A DNA stretch of 64,000 bases from Patescibacteria group bacterium (GTDB taxonomy: Bacteria > Patescibacteriota > UBA1384 > XYA2-FULL-43-10), in contig JBAYVT010000005.1 in the NCBI GenBank assembly GCA_041674405.1, positions 7,120 through 71,119 of the forward strand. The letters are read 5' to 3'. The translations under genes and the position numbers were made by a program. The notes beneath the pieces were generated by a model, which searched no databases, was not told where the DNA came from, and saw only the letters and a program-made list of their open reading frames with translations. This document shows, piece by piece, positions 53,544 to 63,075 of the stretch (the stretch's first letter is position 1; each line of letters starts with the position of its first letter).

Positions 53544-55565
53544 TTAATTCACACTTTTTCTGGAGGCCTTAGTGAGTAATTTTTTTTGCTTGAGATAAGT
53601 CAAGTTTACTCCCGCAAACAAAGATCCAAGAAGGCTCAAAACCCCACCGGCTGCAGCGCCGGTCTTGGGAAGAGGGGTGCTTGCTGGCACAACTTTGGTC
53701 AAAATCACGGTTTGGGCAGTCGAAGAAATAGTATTTCCGCCCATAGACAAATATCCCGTATTTATCAGTTGTTCCCCAGCGGCAATATTTGCAGAAGTGA
53801 TCACCCTGAATCTTACATAGCCTGATTGTCCAGGAGCTAAGGTGTTGATGATAAATCCCTTGGTGACATCTTCAGAAATTACATGTTCAGTGCCATCCAA
53901 GTTAATTATCGCAGGAACCGAAGTATCCAGGGCAACATTGGCTGGAAGGACATCGGAAATCTTCACCTGGTCAGCTGGCCCATCTCCAGTGTTTGCAAAA
54001 TCAATTTTGTATTCCAGCATGTCTCCAGGAAAGGCTGTATTTGATTTGGAAAATTCCAATTCATTGCTGGTGATATTTCTAACAACTTTATTGATCGACA
54101 AGACAGGCTCTCTGTGTGGTCTTAGAATTATAATCGTGATTGTATTTCCATACTCGTTAAATAATTTATCATCGAAATGAAAACCATTTTGCGGGTTATC
54201 AGGCAATGGGTCCATCACCTTAACCGTAAATTTCCTAACCACATTTTGCCCCGGATCAATTCGAACTTCCGGCCAAATTACTTCTTTGGAATTATTACCT
54301 TCCTCTGGATTATCTTTGACAATACCCCCATTACTTATACTGACAATGTTTGATTCCTCTAACACATCGCCGATACCATCCGAAACCACAAAGTTAGTAG
54401 CAATGGTTCCGGTGTTTTTGGTGTTCAAGGTATAAATAATAACATCGCCAGGCCTGGCAGGAGTAGATGTCGCATCAACTTTCAAAGTATCATTATAAGC
54501 AGACTTTGAACGATGAATATTAACAACTCCGGCTTTCAAGTCAACAATGGCTTCATCGTTAACGTTAATATTACCTGAAATTGCATAGGCAACATTCGTT
54601 ACAGATTTTGCAACCAATATGTAAGAAGGCGCTTTTGCACGAAATTTAATCACCGCGCCATTTTCCGCGCCAACCTTAAGGCTGCCAATACTTACTCCAC
54701 TAGCAAAAAATCCGGCTGCGTCAAGATTGGTTGTGCTGTCCTCTTTGGTCATCGTAAGGGAATTATCCACATAGGTTAAATCCGAAGGCAGGCCATCAGA
54801 AGCTGTAACTTCCTCAAGCGTTGATTCTCCAGGATTGGTAATATTTATTTTGTATTCCACTGACTCGTTTTGATCTACAGATGTGCGCTCGACAAAACTA
54901 GTCTCATTCTTCGAAATGTTCCTTACCGCTTTCTCAATATGCAGATTACCCGGATTCACTTTTGCAGTTGTTTTAAACTGGAACATTACAAAACCGGCAA
55001 ATTCCCAACAACCATTGATATCTCCGATATTCAAGCCAGACGAAGATAGAAGTTCTGATCCGTCTTGCCCAAAAGGAAGCGGAGTTGGATTGTTTATATC
55101 AGGATTGCTTGCCTGATTTGGAAACCACTTAACAGAACCAGGAACCAGTTTAAGCGTTGCATTTTGATCAAGATTAACAGTCAACGTATCAGAAACTGCA
55201 GCTACGCTATCAGCTGAAATTGTGGCGGACAAAACAGCTGTTTTGTTGGTGGTCTGTGCAGGCATGGATACCTTAATGGTTGTATTTTCAGCGGTAGTAT
55301 TGACCTGGCCATTGTGATAATAAATTAAACCATCTATCACATCACCAGCCTGCCCGTCTACAGGATCACGCCAATCATCATCCTGTGTATCACGAGTTGA
55401 ATTAAAACCCCTAAAAAGCTCCTGATCACCCGGCAGGAAATTAAACCTCGGGCCATCGGCATTGATTCCGATTGCAGGTGAAATAACTTGAGAAATCAAA
55501 AGCGCTGCGGCGGCTACGCCTAAAACATACTTTAATTTCTTTTTAATTTGTGAAAACCATTTCAT
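53544..55565 (-). CDS. Cell-wall-anchored surface protein with DUF11-type repeat domains and C-terminal LPXTG sorting signal
   Basis: N-terminal signal peptide. C-terminal LPKTG, then a hydrophobic stretch and a KQKK tail. An N-terminal PRFNFLPGDQE...GCWEFAGFV domain is shared with the downstream paralog. Confidence 0.7.
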   Translation of the reverse strand: MKWFSQIKKKLKYVLGVAAAALLISQVISPAIGINADGPRFNFLPGDQELFRGFNSTRDTQDDDWRDPVDGQAGDVIDGLIYYHNGQVNTTAENTTIKVSMPAQTTNKTAVLSATISADSVAAVSDTLTVNLDQNATLKLVPGSVKWFPNQASNPDINNPTPLPFGQDGSELLSSSGLNIGDINGCWEFAGFVMFQFKTTAKVNPGNLHIEKAVRNISKNETSFVERTSVDQNESVEYKINITNPGESTLEEVTASDGLPSDLTYVDNSLTMTKEDSTTNLDAAGFFASGVSIGSLKVGAENGAVIKFRAKAPSYILVAKSVTNVAYAISGNINVNDEAIVDLKAGVVNIHRSKSAYNDTLKVDATSTPARPGDVIIYTLNTKNTGTIATNFVVSDGIGDVLEESNIVSISNGGIVKDNPEEGNNSKEVIWPEVRIDPGQNVVRKFTVKVMDPLPDNPQNGFHFDDKLFNEYGNTITIIILRPHREPVLSINKVVRNITSNELEFSKSNTAFPGDMLEYKIDFANTGDGPADQVKISDVLPANVALDTSVPAIINLDGTEHVISEDVTKGFIINTLAPGQSGYVRFRVITSANIAAGEQLINTGYLSMGGNTISSTAQTVILTKVVPASTPLPKTGAAAGGVLSLLGSLFAGVNLTYLKQKKLLTKASRKSVN

Positions 55566-55619
55566 TTTTTATCCTTTTTTAGCCCTCCGCGAACACATTA
55601 TTTTATTTCTAATAAATAC

Positions 55620-57173
55620 TTAAAAAGTTGGTGCAGGAATCGGCATAAGCCTTAGAATCGAACGCGCAATGTCGGAAATTTCCGCTACATTATCCCCCTT
55701 TACAAAAGCAGTATTGGTAAGGGTGTAATCTCCGATCGGCGGGCAACCAACAATAATCCCTGATAACTTGATGATCTTACTCTGGCCCGGATTCATATTA
55801 CCCAAGCTAATTCCGCCGGCGAAAGTGATTCCATCTGGAACTGAAATACCATTAACCGTCGTGGAACCGGGGACATAATTTACATAAAGCGGAAAGATGT
55901 CTCTAGCTTTAACGTTAGTTACAGCCGCATTTCCGGTCGCAGTAACAACGATTTTATAAGTGATCTTTTCTCCCAATTTCACATTATTTTGTTCAACCCA
56001 GGTTGATCCGCTTAATACGGTTTTCTGAATTGTTAATCCAGATGTTGTCGAAACAATCACTCTTGCTGTGCTCTGGCCCTTAAACACTCCGGCCATAAAA
56101 AGCTTCGCTAAGTTGTCGAGGGTTAGCGTCCCTGCGGGAACTGTCGAATCAACTTTCACTTTGTATATAACCCTGATTGACCCAGCGTCGAGAGGCGCGA
56201 TATTCGGCAGATTAACCCCGGTAGAAAAAATCGTATCTGGCAGCTTTACTCCGGCTGGATGTGAAGCATCGAAATAAAAGGTTGTGCCTGTTTCATACTT
56301 CATATGAAGAGGTAATACATCTTTAACTGAAACATTGTTCGCAGTTACATTTCCACTATTTTCAACTTCCAACTTATATTCAACTACTTCTCCTGGATTC
56401 GCGGTAATCTCTTTGTGCCAGACATTTTCATTCAAGTGCTTAACATTCTTATCAATTGAAAGAGCTGTGTTGCCTTTGATTTTTCCGACAAATGTTACAA
56501 ACCCCGCAAACTCCCAGCATCCATTTATATTTCCTATATTTACGCCATTTGCGCTGGTAATTCCATCAGGCAATGATTGTCCGGGTTGGCCAACATGAGT
56601 GGCTTGTTCGGGAAACAATTTAGTTGAACCGGGCACATATTCGATTATTCCACTTGACGGAAGATTAATTGTCTGTCCCGATATGCCTTTGACTGCGCCA
56701 TTGATTATAGTGTCATAGATTGGGGCAGTTTCATCTGACCACAGAGCGCTTGTCTCTTTTAGCGCATTTGACTCGCCTGTCGGCAGTGAAACGCGAATAC
56801 GTACATTGTGGGCTGTCGAATTTAACATTCCATTGTGGTAATAGACCAAAAATGCAACTTCATCACCGATATTGGCATCGATCGGGTCAGCCCAATCATT
56901 GCCCGAAGAAACAACAGATGCACGAAGCATCTCCTGGTCGCCAGGTAAGAAATTAAATCTTGGTGTTTGGCTTGTGTTATTTGATTCGGCAACTTTGGCA
57001 TTTGAAGAAACCAAAGACAGCGAAATCAAACTTACAACAGCCAAAATAACGCCAATTGTTCTTTTGGTTTTTGAAATTCTTGTTTTTGATTTGTCCTTAA
57101 CTCCGTGAAACAATTTCTCTCTCATTTTTTGAAAGAATGACATGTTTCTCCTTACTAGGCTTAAGAATTTCAA
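55620..57173 (-). CDS. Secreted DUF11-repeat surface protein paralog (no LPXTG)
   Basis: Signal/TM segment, then the same PRFNFLPGDQEM...NGCWEFAGFVTF N-terminal module and DUF11-like repeats (VSVKDVLP, VTNVKARDIFP). Confidence 0.6.
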   Translation of the reverse strand: MKFLSLVRRNMSFFQKMREKLFHGVKDKSKTRISKTKRTIGVILAVVSLISLSLVSSNAKVAESNNTSQTPRFNFLPGDQEMLRASVVSSGNDWADPIDANIGDEVAFLVYYHNGMLNSTAHNVRIRVSLPTGESNALKETSALWSDETAPIYDTIINGAVKGISGQTINLPSSGIIEYVPGSTKLFPEQATHVGQPGQSLPDGITSANGVNIGNINGCWEFAGFVTFVGKIKGNTALSIDKNVKHLNENVWHKEITANPGEVVEYKLEVENSGNVTANNVSVKDVLPLHMKYETGTTFYFDASHPAGVKLPDTIFSTGVNLPNIAPLDAGSIRVIYKVKVDSTVPAGTLTLDNLAKLFMAGVFKGQSTARVIVSTTSGLTIQKTVLSGSTWVEQNNVKLGEKITYKIVVTATGNAAVTNVKARDIFPLYVNYVPGSTTVNGISVPDGITFAGGISLGNMNPGQSKIIKLSGIIVGCPPIGDYTLTNTAFVKGDNVAEISDIARSILRLMPIPAPTF

Positions 57174-57328
57174 TTTATTACTCGCACAAAACCATACTAA
57201 ATTCTTGAGCTAATGTCAATGTGTTTTTTCACTTTTTTCACCTTACCAAACATTCAAAATTTAAATGCTTGGTCGGTGGCCCTGGCGCATAGCGCCAGGG
57301 CACCGGTTTAGTTGTACCACACCGCCCG

Positions 57329-58003
57329 CTAGGGCGGTGTGGGCGTGGGCACGGGGATCGGATCCCCGCAGGTCCCCGGCACCTTCTCCTCCTTGTTCGC
57401 CATCCCGGCGAATAGGGTGAGAAGCGTCTCGGTACAGCCTTCGATCACCCGAGCCATGCCCACCGGGCAATCCGGGAGAGGCTGGCTGGGGCTGATCCCC
57501 GCAGGAGCGACCCACTCCCGAGCCGGCGCGTACACGACGTACGGTACCGGGTAGGGCTTGGGGATCTCTACGACCACCGGGTAGGGTACCTTGACCTCAA
57601 CCCGCTCAGGACACGCCAGTTTGCACGCTGGCGGTACCGGAGTGCATGGGATGAAGAAGCGGCCCCTAGCTAGGTTACCGCACCGCACCATACGGGTAAT
57701 CGTGTACCAGCGCCCCTGTACCCCGTCCTTGCAGCCCATCTCTGCAGGTACTGCGTAGACAGTTTCTGTGGGGATCAGGTACCCGGGAACGAAGCGACCT
57801 TCGGACTCAAACCAGACCTCGGCGTCGACATACTGATTGAGCCGGTAGGCCTCCTGGCCGTTGATCGCCGGGCAGTGCCGCCCGATCGGGTACGTGTTCG
57901 TGATCTTCTCCGAGAGGTTGATGCCCGAGGCAAACGCTGCCCCGACCATGACCATCAAGAGAAGGGTGAGGATCAGCGTCAGCTTACCCCTCATGGATCT
58001 CAC
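57329..58003 (-). CDS. GC-rich secreted Cys/Pro-rich protein (224 aa) in island F
   Basis: Signal peptide MRSMRGKLTLILTLLLMVMVGAAFASG. A PVPYVVYAP Pro-rich segment. Very high GC3. Overlaps the upstream gene by 20 nt. Confidence 0.5.
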   Translation of the reverse strand: MRSMRGKLTLILTLLLMVMVGAAFASGINLSEKITNTYPIGRHCPAINGQEAYRLNQYVDAEVWFESEGRFVPGYLIPTETVYAVPAEMGCKDGVQGRWYTITRMVRCGNLARGRFFIPCTPVPPACKLACPERVEVKVPYPVVVEIPKPYPVPYVVYAPAREWVAPAGISPSQPLPDCPVGMARVIEGCTETLLTLFAGMANKEEKVPGTCGDPIPVPTPTPP

Positions 58004-59276
58004 CTCCTGTGAGAATCAGCACTTTGACTTTCCCGTCGAGCGGGTACGTCCAGGTGCGAGTGTCCGGAGATGTGGACAGCGCGAAATGCGTATAGCCACG
58101 CGCTGCCTCACACGTGAACCAGGACTCTCCCTTGTCTCTCGCCGCGACCGTAAACGGTGCGTTGGGAGCGATCCAGCGGCCATCTTGCTGAACCCACAGG
58201 AAGAGTGTCGCCGATGTCTCGCCGGACTGCTCGTCCAGCGCCACGACGAAGGTGGAGTCGGTATGCGCCTCGCGGAGGCGCTCGGCCTGAGACTTTACCG
58301 GCGGTGCCGAGGTAGTGACAGGCGTGGTCGTAGTGGAAGGCTGAACGGAAGCAGGGGGCGGATCCACAGGAGAAGCTTGCTGCTGCTCCTGCATCTTCCG
58401 TAGCACCGCTTCCGCCGCTTCCGCCCGCTCACGCTCTGCCTGAGCCTGGGCCTTAGCGGCTGCGGCCTCGGCTTGCGCCGCGGCAACTGCCGGATCAGGC
58501 CCGTTCTGCCGAGGCATGAACGGAGGTGCGAACCCCTGTGCAGCGCGCGCTGTAGCAGTCGAGATCTCCTGGTAGTCAGCTGGCTTGCAGGCCAGCATTA
58601 TACTAGAGGAGAACATACTGTAGACACGCGACCGGTAGACCGGCCACAGGGCCTTGGGAAGGTCCTTTTCGCACTGCACGCCGCACTGCCCGTTGAGGAA
58701 AGAGACGATGTCGGCGTTTACGTTCTGTACGTTGAACGCTATGGCCGACTGGTCGGTCCTCATGACATGGTCAGCGTGCCTGATGAAGAAGAACCTGTAG
58801 TCCCTTCGGGACTGATCGTGGCGAACCTCTGACACGAGGAAGTAGCGGCCAGGACCGAGCCGATTGAGATCAACCCAGAGCCGGTTATCCTCCGCAGAAA
58901 CACACAGCCCGTCCAGTCCCTCAACTTCGACCCGGGTTCCCTTCAGGTGGCAGTCCTCAATCCCGAATACCCTCAGGTCCACCGACATGCAGCAGGTCTC
59001 TTCGGTGATCTTGTATGGCCTAGGATACCCCTCCGAACAGTCCTCGGAGACCGGAGCCGTGAAGGTCTGGCCCAGAGCCCAGCCGTTCACCGTGCCACCT
59101 TCCTTGTTGCTGAAAGTGACAATTGCGGTGGGCGAACTGATGACCGTGGTTCCCTTGACCGTGATCAAAGGGATACCAAACCCACCGAAGATCGTGGTCT
59201 CGTCGGCCGAAGCCGGCGCGAGACAGACCGCCAGAATGGCAGCCAGAACCAGCAGTACGACGAATCTAGTGCGCAT
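57984..59276 (-). CDS. GC-rich secreted protein (430 aa) with Ala/Gln-rich linker in island F
   Basis: AAGGAGG RBS 8 nt upstream. Signal peptide MRTRFVVLLVLAAILAVCLAPASA. AAAQAEAAAAKAQAQAERERAEAAEA linker. No recognisable domain. Confidence 0.5.
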   Translation of the reverse strand: MRTRFVVLLVLAAILAVCLAPASADETTIFGGFGIPLITVKGTTVISSPTAIVTFSNKEGGTVNGWALGQTFTAPVSEDCSEGYPRPYKITEETCCMSVDLRVFGIEDCHLKGTRVEVEGLDGLCVSAEDNRLWVDLNRLGPGRYFLVSEVRHDQSRRDYRFFFIRHADHVMRTDQSAIAFNVQNVNADIVSFLNGQCGVQCEKDLPKALWPVYRSRVYSMFSSSIMLACKPADYQEISTATARAAQGFAPPFMPRQNGPDPAVAAAQAEAAAAKAQAQAERERAEAAEAVLRKMQEQQQASPVDPPPASVQPSTTTTPVTTSAPPVKSQAERLREAHTDSTFVVALDEQSGETSATLFLWVQQDGRWIAPNAPFTVAARDKGESWFTCEAARGYTHFALSTSPDTRTWTYPLDGKVKVLILTGGEIHEG

Positions 59277-59750
59277 GGTTATGCGCCTCCTTGTGAGTCC
59301 CCTTAGCGGGGTTAGTGTCCCCGCAGGGGGATTTTGTATTCATCTATATCAAAGTGCCACCTCGCTCGCTGCGCAGGTGGCACAGTGAACGAGGTCAATC
59401 TCCGCCAAAACCGTAGTCTTGGCAAGAGGCGAATGATTTAAAAGTCATCACGCCTTCTGCCAAAAAAGTTCTTCAATTATTTTTGACCTTTCCAACCTCG
59501 GCTCGACCATCGGACGAGACGGGTGATTTTCGAATTATCTTCACAGATCCAGCCAGGAATAAGGCGAGAAACGATCAAGGTATTAGCCAGACCAGGTTCG
59601 CATTTTTTAAGGAACCATCAATGTCAGCTATAGAGCTTGCCGCCCATAAGGCCCCTTATTCCCAGCCAGACCCGTAAAAACAATCTCTCAACTTCGGTCG
59701 AGATAAATCTCCGCTTCAGTCGATGTAAACAATTTCTCAATTCCCTTGGA

Positions 59751-59784
59751 ATAAAAAACGGAATGGAAATCTCTTTCCATCCCT
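59751..59784 (-). terminator. Rho-independent terminator 3' of the cupin PGI gene
   Basis: Minus-strand GGATGGAAAGAGATTTCCATTCC hairpin followed by GTTTTTTATT. Confidence 0.55.
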
Positions 59785-59851
59785 CACTTTCACGAGAATT
59801 ACTTTAGCACAATTATCGAATCTTGTCAATATCTGACTCTACTATTTCGCA

Positions 59852-60637
59852 TTATTCGAACAAATTAGCTACAGACAGATCGGATAAATATTTCTCTGGA
59901 TTTCTCAAAAAATCAACCCGAGACAGATCGGTAACATAATCATATGCCGGATTATCAAGATAAGGCCCAATAATTTTGGGGGCTGATTTCAGATTTTTAA
60001 CCGGCAGGAGTTCTCCGTATCTTGGATTTTTGACAATTTTCTTTTCACCAAATTTATCTAAAATATAATATGCAGCTCCCTGTTTATTTTCAAATTCAGA
60101 ATAATCAGAATCGAAACCATTACAAACCCAGTTTGCCATTACAAGAGTGCGATTTCCGGCGTTGATTGTGGCGTGTCCATATCCTGGGGGTATAACGATT
60201 GAGTTTCCCTCTTCAACTTGGCAGATAATCACATCGGTCACAATGCCGTTCTCTAAATTTTGCACAAGACATGTTGCGACGCCAGACGCTACATAATATA
60301 ATTCCGGATATTGAAAATTTGTACCCTGCTTGTTTGGGTGATAATGCCCTATGGTTTTTATATATTCATCTCCAATTTTGGCTGGCGGCACAACGGTAAG
60401 ATCAAATCTCAAATTGGAATTTGAAATTTTCTCGGCATCAGCCATTTTTTTTACGCCTCGGTACATTAAATATGAAGAATTGTCAGAGAGTGGAACGTCC
60501 TGATTGGCAGCAACTGGGCGAAGGTCGGAAAATTTTCTCTCACTGACTTTTTCCACGTCGACAGCGGCACCAAAAGACAGCCTGCCGTTTTCTTCAAGCA
60601 GAGCAGAAAAGCCGATTTTGTCCGTAAGATTAGTCAT
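59852..60637 (-). CDS. Cupin-type glucose-6-phosphate isomerase (archaeal-type cPGI) with about 70-aa N-terminal extension
   Basis: TIGHYHPNKQGTNFQYPELYY matches the cPGI signature T-x-GH-x-H-x(6-11)-E-x-Y. VIPPGYGHATINAGN matches PP-x3-H-x3-N. The C-terminal DYSEF...VKNPRYG aligns to the Pyrococcus PGI end. Confidence 0.6.
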   Translation of the reverse strand: MTNLTDKIGFSALLEENGRLSFGAAVDVEKVSERKFSDLRPVAANQDVPLSDNSSYLMYRGVKKMADAEKISNSNLRFDLTVVPPAKIGDEYIKTIGHYHPNKQGTNFQYPELYYVASGVATCLVQNLENGIVTDVIICQVEEGNSIVIPPGYGHATINAGNRTLVMANWVCNGFDSDYSEFENKQGAAYYILDKFGEKKIVKNPRYGELLPVKNLKSAPKIIGPYLDNPAYDYVTDLSRVDFLRNPEKYLSDLSVANLFE

Positions 60638-61637
60638 TTTTAATCATGTTAATTATTTTTTCAATATCTCGAATCGATTTGATCGAAGCTGCTTGCTTTC
60701 TCATCTCTTTTGCATTTTGGAATCCTCTAAGATAAGCCAAAAGATGTTTTCTAAATTCAATTATACCATGATCCCCTTTTGTTTCGTAAACAAGTTTTGC
60801 ATGTTTCAATATTAAAGCTGTGGGTTTCAAGCTGTTAACTGCAAGCTCTGCAGAAAAGATCCATGGCTTGCCAAAAGTGGCTCGACCTATCGCTACCCCA
60901 TCAAGCTTAATGCCCCCTGATTCACTCCTTTTGATGGCTTCATCGTAATTTGAAATATCACCATTGCCTATAATCGAAACTTCCTTATTTTTGATCTTTG
61001 ATATTTGATCTTTGATTTGATAAATATTTTCCCACCTGGCTATGTTCTTAAAGCCATCTTTATAGGTTCGGCCGTGAATTATGATTGCATCGGCTCCGGC
61101 TTCAGCTAATCTAGGAGCAAAATCCAATATTTCATTGTCATTTTCCCAGCCAAGACGAGTTTTTACCGAAAGAGGAATTGATATTTCCGCCCTAACTGCG
61201 CGGACGATTTCGCAAGCCAAATCAGGATTCTTAAGAAGCGCTGCGCCGTGATCCGATCCGATAACTTTGCGCGCCGGGCAGCCCATATTGATATCAATTC
61301 CGTCCGGCTTCAAATTTTCCACCACCCATTTGGCGGCATAAGCAAATTTTTCGGGATATTTTCCAAAAAGCTGAACTACTATCGGCCTCTCGTCGTCGTA
61401 GAACGAAAGTAATTCGGCTGTAGAATGATTCTTGCCTTCGACTTTATGGACTTTACCGACTTTATGGACTTTGAACTTGCCGTAGGCAATCGCATCTGCA
61501 GAAACCAATTCTGTCATCACGACATCGGCACCATATCCTTTGCACAGAATTCTAAATGCTGAGTCGGTATATCCGGCCATGGGAGACAATACCAAAAGCG
61601 GATTATGGGGATTTTTTCGAGTCCAAATATTATTCAT
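60630..61637 (-). CDS. tRNA-dihydrouridine synthase (Dus family, TIM barrel) with two repeat-encoded insertions
   Basis: LSPMAGYTDSAFR, the CGCP-type INMGCPARKV motif and HGRTY. Insertions KVHKVGKVHKVEGK and KDQISKIKNKE are encoded by tandem 9-mers and 7-mers. Confidence 0.8.
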   Translation of the reverse strand: MNNIWTRKNPHNPLLVLSPMAGYTDSAFRILCKGYGADVVMTELVSADAIAYGKFKVHKVGKVHKVEGKNHSTAELLSFYDDERPIVVQLFGKYPEKFAYAAKWVVENLKPDGIDINMGCPARKVIGSDHGAALLKNPDLACEIVRAVRAEISIPLSVKTRLGWENDNEILDFAPRLAEAGADAIIIHGRTYKDGFKNIARWENIYQIKDQISKIKNKEVSIIGNGDISNYDEAIKRSESGGIKLDGVAIGRATFGKPWIFSAELAVNSLKPTALILKHAKLVYETKGDHGIIEFRKHLLAYLRGFQNAKEMRKQAASIKSIRDIEKIINMIKND

Positions 61638-61638
61638 T

Positions 61639-63021
61639 TTATTTCTTAGTTACCTTACTACCGCCAGCCGTATCTTCAACTTTGTAACCAAGCTTGTCAA
61701 TTTCATCGCGCAAATCGTCGGATTTGGCCCAGTCCTTTTCCGCTCGTGCTTTTTCCCTCTCTCTGACTAGATTTTTGACCTCTTCGGGAATATCTATCTC
61801 GGCCTTTTCCCCTAGATTAAGACCAAGAATTTTGTCCATCTCAAGTAACGTTAAATATTTTTCACCGGCCTCAAGGCTTACATTGCGAATCATTTCCCAA
61901 ACTACTGCCAATGCCTCCGGCATATTCAAATCATTAGCAATTTTCTCTTTGAACCCGTTTAAATATTTAGAATTTTGGATTTGATTGGAAATTGGAAATT
62001 GGAAATTGGAAATTCCGCGGATGATATTAAGTAAACGCTCCCTAGAATTTTTAGCCGCGGCCAGCGCTTCCCATGTGAAATTTATCTTGCTTCGGTAATG
62101 CGCAGAGAGGCAAAGATAGCGAAAATCTAATGGGTCAAAACCGCGCTCTTCAATATCGGCAAGCTTGTAAAAATTGTTCAGGCTCTTGCTCATCTTTTTG
62201 CCATCAACTAAAAGATGCTCTCCGTGAACCCAGAAATTGGCAAACGGTTTTCCTGTTCTGGCTTCTGATTGAGCAATCTCATTTTCGTGATGGGGGAAGA
62301 TTAAATCGACGGCACCCGCATGGATATCGAGGGTATCCCCAAGTCTATCTTGCGACATAGCAGAACACTCAATATGCCAGCCCGGGCGCCCCTTGCCAAG
62401 TTCTGTTCCTGCCCCGAGCCATGTCGAAGGGTCCCAAAATATCTCTCCATCCGCTTTGTCCCAGGCTTTCCAAAGCACAAAATCAGCTGGGTTTTCTTTA
62501 TCGTACTCATCTTGTTTGACGCGGGCACCGGCCCTTAGGCCTTCCTTGTCAAGATGTGAAAGTTTTCCATAATCTGTAAATTTTGAAATTGAAAAATAGA
62601 TCGATCCATCATCGGCCTTGTAGGCAAACCCTTTTTCCAAAAGCTCCGAAATAAACTTAACCATTTGCGGGATATATTCGGTGGCACGAGTAACCGTGTC
62701 GGGCTTTTCAATATTTAGTTTAGAAAGATCGTAAAAAAATAATTCTTCATATTTGCGCCCGAGTTTTTTAAGCTCATCCTTCTTGCCACCGCTGTTTTTT
62801 ATAGTTTTATCGTCAACATCAGTGATATTCATTATATGATTTACTTCATAGTCGACAAAAGACAGAACTCTTTTTAAAACATCCTCAAAAATATAAGTAC
62901 GCAAATTTCCAATGTGTGCATAATCATAAACTGTCGGCCCGCAAGTATATAGCCCGACCTTTTTATCGTTAATTGGCTCAAACTCTTCAATTTTCCGTGA
63001 TAGAGTGTTAAATAATTTCAT
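61639..63021 (-). CDS. cysS: Cysteinyl-tRNA synthetase
   Basis: HIGNLRTY (HIGH), KMSKSLNNF (KMSKS) and the zinc-binding Cys/His pattern. One repeat-encoded insertion. Confidence 0.9.
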   Translation of the reverse strand: MKLFNTLSRKIEEFEPINDKKVGLYTCGPTVYDYAHIGNLRTYIFEDVLKRVLSFVDYEVNHIMNITDVDDKTIKNSGGKKDELKKLGRKYEELFFYDLSKLNIEKPDTVTRATEYIPQMVKFISELLEKGFAYKADDGSIYFSISKFTDYGKLSHLDKEGLRAGARVKQDEYDKENPADFVLWKAWDKADGEIFWDPSTWLGAGTELGKGRPGWHIECSAMSQDRLGDTLDIHAGAVDLIFPHHENEIAQSEARTGKPFANFWVHGEHLLVDGKKMSKSLNNFYKLADIEERGFDPLDFRYLCLSAHYRSKINFTWEALAAAKNSRERLLNIIRGISNFQFPISNQIQNSKYLNGFKEKIANDLNMPEALAVVWEMIRNVSLEAGEKYLTLLEMDKILGLNLGEKAEIDIPEEVKNLVREREKARAEKDWAKSDDLRDEIDKLGYKVEDTAGGSKVTKK

Positions 63022-63075
63022 ATTTTTATCCTAATAAGACAATACAAGATCAGCTATCCTTTTTCAATTGACTAA

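Noticed and set aside
59483-59677. 64-aa ORF in the moderately GC-rich stretch between island F and the cPGI terminator
   Set aside because: No RBS or promoter and an odd composition. It is more likely untranslated flank of island F or a small ncRNA. It is insufficient to call.
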